Notes under the pieces: generated by a model
The model's input: the letters and a program-made list of their open reading frames with translations, nothing else
Database searches by the model: none
Told to the model about the DNA's origin: nothing
Program-made: the position numbers and the translations under genes
Source of the DNA: Candidatus Bathyarchaeia archaeon
GTDB lineage: Archaea; Thermoproteota; Bathyarchaeia; Bathyarchaeales; Bathycorpusculaceae
DNA: 64,000 bases
Direction of reading: 5' to 3'
Assembly: GCA_038883795.1 (NCBI GenBank)
Contig: JAVZLK010000002.1
Span: forward strand, 96,001-160,000
In this document: one piece after another, positions 59,278 through 64,000 of the stretch
How the letters are laid out: each line of letters opens with the position of its first letter
Numbering within the stretch: position 1 is the first letter of the stretch

Positions 59278-61661
59278 GTCCTAAACCCGCTGCTTAGGGT
59301 TCTTTTCCAACTTGTCAACAAATCTTTCAGCGAGGCATCGACAACAACTTCATTGTTTAATCCGTAAACGCATAACCTTGGAACTTTTGTGACCTTTCCT
59401 ACTTCAGCATATGCCACACTTTTAAACAATGCTTCAAACTCTTCCTTTGCCTTTTGCGAAACTTCCATCAAAAAGCGACTGTTCGACTCAGAAAACAGAA
59501 TGAAATCATTACGATTCAAATTTTCTCTCGGAACCTTCTGCAAATGTAATTCCATTCCATATCCACCAGCAAAAGCCATCTCCGCCGCCGCCACGCCTAA
59601 ACCTCCCTCTGATAAATCATGGCAAGCCTTAACCAACCCTAAATCAATAGCTTTGGTAATTGCCCTAAAAGTTTTCTTGGCTTGTTTTGCCCGAACTTTC
59701 GGCACAGCATTTCCAACAAAACCCTTAAGCCTATAATATTCAGAACCGCCCAACTCGTTATAGGTTTGTCCAACAATGTAGATTAAGTCGCCGATATCCT
59801 TGACATCCATGGACACAACCAAACGGACATCTGGAACAATGCCCAAAGCAGTAATTAAAAGCGTTGGCGTAACCGTTCCAAGCGGAGACTCATTGTAGAG
59901 ACTGTCCTTTCCAGAAATGAATGGTGTCTTAAAAGCGGTTGCAAAATCATAACAAGCCTCACAAGCCCTAACGAGACTGCCAAGAATTTCGGGCTTTTCC
60001 GGACTGCCCCACGTGAAATTGTCAAGTAAGGCTATTCTTCTTCCGCCAACAGACACATTATTCCTTATAGCTTCATCTATGGCTGAGGCAGTCATCCAAT
60101 AAACATCAATTTTTCCATAATTCGGATTCATCCCACAAGAAATGACTAAACCTTTCCACGAATCCGCTAACGGTTTGAGAACGGCAGCATCGTTGGGTCC
60201 AGAAAACTCGCCATGCAAGGGCTTAAGCAGAGTGTTTCCTTTTACCTCATGGTCATATGTGCGTATTACGCTTTCTTTGCTTGCAATGTTAGGCGATGAC
60301 AAAAGGTGCATAAGCGTTTCAGTCAAGTTTTCTGGTTCTTGAAAGGATGGCTCTTCAAAAATTTTCGGCTTATATTCTGCGGTTCTTACAACTTTAGGTG
60401 GTTCGAATAGAAATGGAATGTCTATTTCGGCAACTTTTTCGCCTTCATAATAAAGCCTTAAAACTTCATCCGACGTGTATTTTCCAATAGCATTAGCTTC
60501 CACATCCTCGTCCCTAAAAACTTCTAAAACTTTCTCCAAATTTTCTGGAGGAACAGCCAAAAGCATTCTCTCTTGGGATTCGGAAACGTAAATTTCCCAA
60601 GGAGCCAAACCAGGATATTTTAATGGAACCTTATCCAACTCAATAAAAGCGCCGCAACCAAATCGTTTTGCTGTTTCGCCAACCGCCGATGATAAGCCTC
60701 CTCCGCCCAAATCTGTTATTGCAGAAGCAAGCTCGAAATCTCGAATCCTAATTATCGCCCTTTTCAGCTTTTCCTCCTCGATGGGATTTGCAATTTGAAC
60801 TGCCGGTCTTGAAACTTCCTCTGACTTTTCTGTTAATACGGCTGATGCAAAGGTTACGCCGTGAATGCCATCTCGCCCGGTTCTTCCGCCAGCCAAAACT
60901 ATAACATCGTCTGGTTTAGCGTTTCTCCTAAACTTTTTCAATGGAAGCAATCCAACGCATCCGCAGTAAACAACCACATTCCCAACATAACTTTCATCAA
61001 AATATGTGGCGCCGTTAACCGTTGGAATGCCCATGTTATTGCCATAACTTCCAATACCAGCAACAACTCCCATGTAAACATACTTTGGATGCTTAACGCC
61101 AGAAGGAAGCCTTTCATAATCAAAATTCAACGGACCAAAACCCAGAACATCCATACACGCTATGGGGTCAGCCCAAACTCCCAAAACATCCCGAATTACA
61201 CCACCAACTCCGGTGGCTGCACCTCCAAAAGGTTCCACGGCTGATGGATGATTGTGAGTTTCAACCTTAACCGCCACTCCGTAACCCTTGTCAAAACGGA
61301 TTATACCCGCGTTATCCTCAAAAATGGAAAAACACCATTTTGGCTTAATTTCATCGGTTGCCTTTGCAATGTAGGTTCTAAAAAGGCTTTCAATCTCCTT
61401 CCCATCGAATTTTATCTTACCCTTGAAAGTCTTGTGGAAACAGTGCTCAGACCATGTCTGCCCAATAGTTTGAAGTTCCACATCTGTTGGGTTTCTTCCT
61501 TTTCGCCTAAAATATTCTTGAATGCTCTTCATTTCTTGCAAATTTAAGCCTATGCCAAGTTCGCTGCTTATTTCCAAAAGCTGTTTTTCAGAAGCCTCTA
61601 AGACGTTGATTTCGAAAAGTGGAAAGGAAGTTTTTCTGCGAATGTAAAGGTTCACATTCAT
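59274..61661 (-). CDS. purL: FGAM synthase subunit PurL
   Basis: WSEHCFHK, KVETHNHPS, SESQERM, DLSEGG. Confidence 0.97.
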   Translation of the reverse strand: MNVNLYIRRKTSFPLFEINVLEASEKQLLEISSELGIGLNLQEMKSIQEYFRRKGRNPTDVELQTIGQTWSEHCFHKTFKGKIKFDGKEIESLFRTYIAKATDEIKPKWCFSIFEDNAGIIRFDKGYGVAVKVETHNHPSAVEPFGGAATGVGGVIRDVLGVWADPIACMDVLGFGPLNFDYERLPSGVKHPKYVYMGVVAGIGSYGNNMGIPTVNGATYFDESYVGNVVVYCGCVGLLPLKKFRRNAKPDDVIVLAGGRTGRDGIHGVTFASAVLTEKSEEVSRPAVQIANPIEEEKLKRAIIRIRDFELASAITDLGGGGLSSAVGETAKRFGCGAFIELDKVPLKYPGLAPWEIYVSESQERMLLAVPPENLEKVLEVFRDEDVEANAIGKYTSDEVLRLYYEGEKVAEIDIPFLFEPPKVVRTAEYKPKIFEEPSFQEPENLTETLMHLLSSPNIASKESVIRTYDHEVKGNTLLKPLHGEFSGPNDAAVLKPLADSWKGLVISCGMNPNYGKIDVYWMTASAIDEAIRNNVSVGGRRIALLDNFTWGSPEKPEILGSLVRACEACYDFATAFKTPFISGKDSLYNESPLGTVTPTLLITALGIVPDVRLVVSMDVKDIGDLIYIVGQTYNELGGSEYYRLKGFVGNAVPKVRAKQAKKTFRAITKAIDLGLVKACHDLSEGGLGVAAAEMAFAGGYGMELHLQKVPRENLNRNDFILFSESNSRFLMEVSQKAKEEFEALFKSVAYAEVGKVTKVPRLCVYGLNNEVVVDASLKDLLTSWKRTLSSGFRT

Positions 61662-61909
61662 CTTTCTTCCTCAACCACAATCACATAATCATCCTTAGTT
61701 GGATTAGCCAAAAGCCTCCTACACATCTCATCAGCCTTCGCATCAGCCTCCCTTCTCGATTCAGCTTCAAGAATTACGGTGTAAACCTTGCTGACATTTA
61801 CAGTTTCAACTTTATAACCAAGTTCTTTCAGCAAATATGCTGTGGTCTCCCCTTCTGGGTCGCTATGTCCAGGCTTCAATTTTACTTCAATTTTTAAGCG
61901 GTATTTCAT
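61658..61909 (-). CDS. purS: FGAM synthase subunit PurS
   Basis: LKPGHSDPEG, LLANP. Confidence 0.95.
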   Translation of the reverse strand: MKYRLKIEVKLKPGHSDPEGETTAYLLKELGYKVETVNVSKVYTVILEAESRREADAKADEMCRRLLANPTKDDYVIVVEEER

Positions 61910-61969
61910 AGGCTAAGTTTGAGTTTTAAGAGATTTAAACGCTTTTATCAGCAAAAAGGCAAAATCATC

Positions 61970-63046
61970 TCAAAAAATTTTCTTACCCTTATAAAGAATT
62001 CTAATTCCTTTAGAATCCGTTACATGCCCTATAGGCTCAGCTTCTGCCCCATTCCTCTCCAAGACATCTACCGCCTTGTCCACATCCTTTTCGTCAACTA
62101 TAACCGCAAAACCCCACCCCATATTAAACGTCTTAAACATCTCCTCATCCGTAATTTTTCCACCTAATTCTGAAGCAGTTTTCTGAATTAGCTCAAAAAT
62201 AGGCTGCGGCTTAAAATTGTTAAATTCAAAACCTATCCCCTTAGAAAACCTTGTCAGTCTATCAAATTTTAAATACGCATCGCCAGTTATGTGAACCGCA
62301 GCCTTAACCCTAACCTCTTCTGCAACCCTAAGCAAAGGCTTAACATAAATCTTAGTAGGCTCAAGAACTTCGTAAACAATTTCCCTACTCAATCCGTCTG
62401 GAACGTCGTAAGGTTCATATTTTCCACCCCAACGCTTAAAAAGAACCTTCCTCGCCAAAGAAACGCCATTACTATGAATTCCAGAACTTCTCAAGCCGAC
62501 AATAACATCGCCAGCCTTTATGTCTCTTCCATAAATTATTTTTTCGCTAGAAACCAGCCCAATGGCTGCCACAACCAAATCAAAGCCTTTACCCTTTACC
62601 AAACCTTTAACTATTTCAGCGACATCACCAATTTCCCCACTCGGCACAACACATCCAGCTTCAACAGCCCCTTTGGCTATTCCTTTCAATAATTCCTCAA
62701 TTAAGCTTGGATCAGAGACTTGAGCATGAATGTTATCTGCAACCGCTAAGGGTTTAGCCCCGGACCTAATAACATCATTAACAGCAACAGCAACACCATC
62801 AACTCCGATAGTATCAAACTTTTCAGCCAACTGCGCAACAAGAACCTTAGTGCCCACACCTTCGATAACCAAATCCAAAAAACAATCTTTTCCTATAGGA
62901 AAAATGTTCCCATAAGGAAGCTCAACAACCCCACCATAACAACTAAACCCATAAGTTTCCCTTAAAATCCTCAAAGCCCTCTTAGATTCTGATCTAAGTT
63001 TTCTGTTAACCCCAGCCCTAGCATAAGTAAATTCCCGAGGCAACAC
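61970..63046 (-). CDS. purM: AIR synthase
   Basis: TYARAGV, EGVGTK, SSGIHSNG, HITG, TFNMG. Confidence 0.95.
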   Translation of the reverse strand: MLPREFTYARAGVNRKLRSESKRALRILRETYGFSCYGGVVELPYGNIFPIGKDCFLDLVIEGVGTKVLVAQLAEKFDTIGVDGVAVAVNDVIRSGAKPLAVADNIHAQVSDPSLIEELLKGIAKGAVEAGCVVPSGEIGDVAEIVKGLVKGKGFDLVVAAIGLVSSEKIIYGRDIKAGDVIVGLRSSGIHSNGVSLARKVLFKRWGGKYEPYDVPDGLSREIVYEVLEPTKIYVKPLLRVAEEVRVKAAVHITGDAYLKFDRLTRFSKGIGFEFNNFKPQPIFELIQKTASELGGKITDEEMFKTFNMGWGFAVIVDEKDVDKAVDVLERNGAEAEPIGHVTDSKGIRILYKGKKIF

Positions 63047-63160
63047 TAACCCTCTAACAGCAAGGCTTCATCTATTTTTATATGTAACACAAATAACAGT
63101 TTTGCTTCTTAAGTAATAAGAAAGTTATCACTTAAAAAAATCAAATTATCTATTTGAATC

Positions 63161-63571
63161 TTACCTGCGCCTTATGCCCCGCAAAGAAAGAGGTAGTGTA
63201 GCACGTTGTTCTACTTTTGCTAAATTATCTTCTTCCTGAACCGCCTTAACTAACTTATTACCCACATAAGCACTTAACAACATATCCCGCAAAATATTAA
63301 ATTGTCTCAAAAAAGCAAATCCCCGCTCACTAACCCTAAACAAAATTTTACCCTCCCTAACTTCCGCATCCAAGAAACCAATCTTAGTAAGGGACGGCAA
63401 ATACTTCTTAAGCTGCGCATAATTAATGCCGGTGCGCTTCATAAGAGAATACAAAGCAGCACCATTATTTCCTGCAGCCTCTAATATTAAAGCAATAATC
63501 TCCATTTGACTTCTATACTTCTTTTGCAAAGGCAAGCAAATTAAATCAAATTCCTTATTATAGTTCGCCAT
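63161..63571 (-). CDS. Winged-helix DNA-binding protein
   Basis: YRSQMEIIALIL...INYAQLKKYL...VSERG. Confidence 0.8.
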   Translation of the reverse strand: MANYNKEFDLICLPLQKKYRSQMEIIALILEAAGNNGAALYSLMKRTGINYAQLKKYLPSLTKIGFLDAEVREGKILFRVSERGFAFLRQFNILRDMLLSAYVGNKLVKAVQEEDNLAKVEQRATLPLSLRGIRRR

Positions 63572-63719
63572 AGCTCAAACCTTAACATTTTATGTGTGCA
63601 TTGAACAAATTAGGGATTTTTTCCATAGACTCCATTGAAAACGCTTAGACAAAAACTTATATCTCATGCGGAGTGTTTTTATGTTATTTCAATAGTTTCA
63701 ATTGACAAGGAGAAAAGGC

Positions 63720-64000
63720 TTGCCCCATCAAAAGCTAACACGAAATGAAACACAACTTCTTCAAGAAGTTTTAAGCGCAGACTATAAAAATGGCGACATA
63801 CGCCTAAGAGAAGGAGAATACCAATACAACCTTGCTAAAACAATCGCCTCCTTCCACCTCGAATTACATTTCCCAGACGTCAAAGACATAATAAAAAGAT
63901 TATACGGCGAAGAAAAAATTAACGACGTCCAATTCATCCGCATGATCCAAACAATTTTAAAAAAAATGGAAAAAAGTAACGTCGTTAAAATTTTGCCAAA
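63720..64000 (+). CDS. Hypothetical protein, runs off the window end
   Basis: TTG after AAGGAG; open frame PHQKLTRNETQLLQEVL...IQTILKKMEKSNVVKILP. Confidence 0.65.
   Translation, partial: MPHQKLTRNETQLLQEVLSADYKNGDIRLREGEYQYNLAKTIASFHLELHFPDVKDIIKRLYGEEKINDVQFIRMIQTILKKMEKSNVVKILP

Overview
Archaeal chromosomal DNA. The gene set and order (TrpB2, FEN1, EF-1beta, CDC48, Pth2-TruD, MAT, GPN GTPase, eL24-eS28-L7Ae, Gar1-TFB, eL40, SucCD, Alba, AspS, pur genes, a Cren7-like protein, an intron-containing initiator tRNA) suggests a TACK archaeon, probably Bathyarchaeia (inference). Most of the window is housekeeping, with two exceptions. (1) A ~7.9 kb integrative element (5230-13179) is bounded by a 12-bp direct repeat. 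It carries a tyrosine integrase, type II and modification-dependent restriction genes and an RHH + PD-(D/E)XK nuclease operon. That operon is followed immediately by ~935 nt of non-coding DNA made almost entirely of back-to-back 90-140 nt imperfect hairpins, some of them diverged paralogues with a compensatory base-pair change. This is the best candidate for an undescribed system. (2) The purine cluster has a HAD hydrolase, an Ftr-like formyltransferase and a PfkB kinase translationally coupled behind purF-purD, at the pathway step where PurN/PurT would act, suggesting an alternative GAR formylation route. All pairings and coordinates were read by eye; no database searches or folding programs were run.
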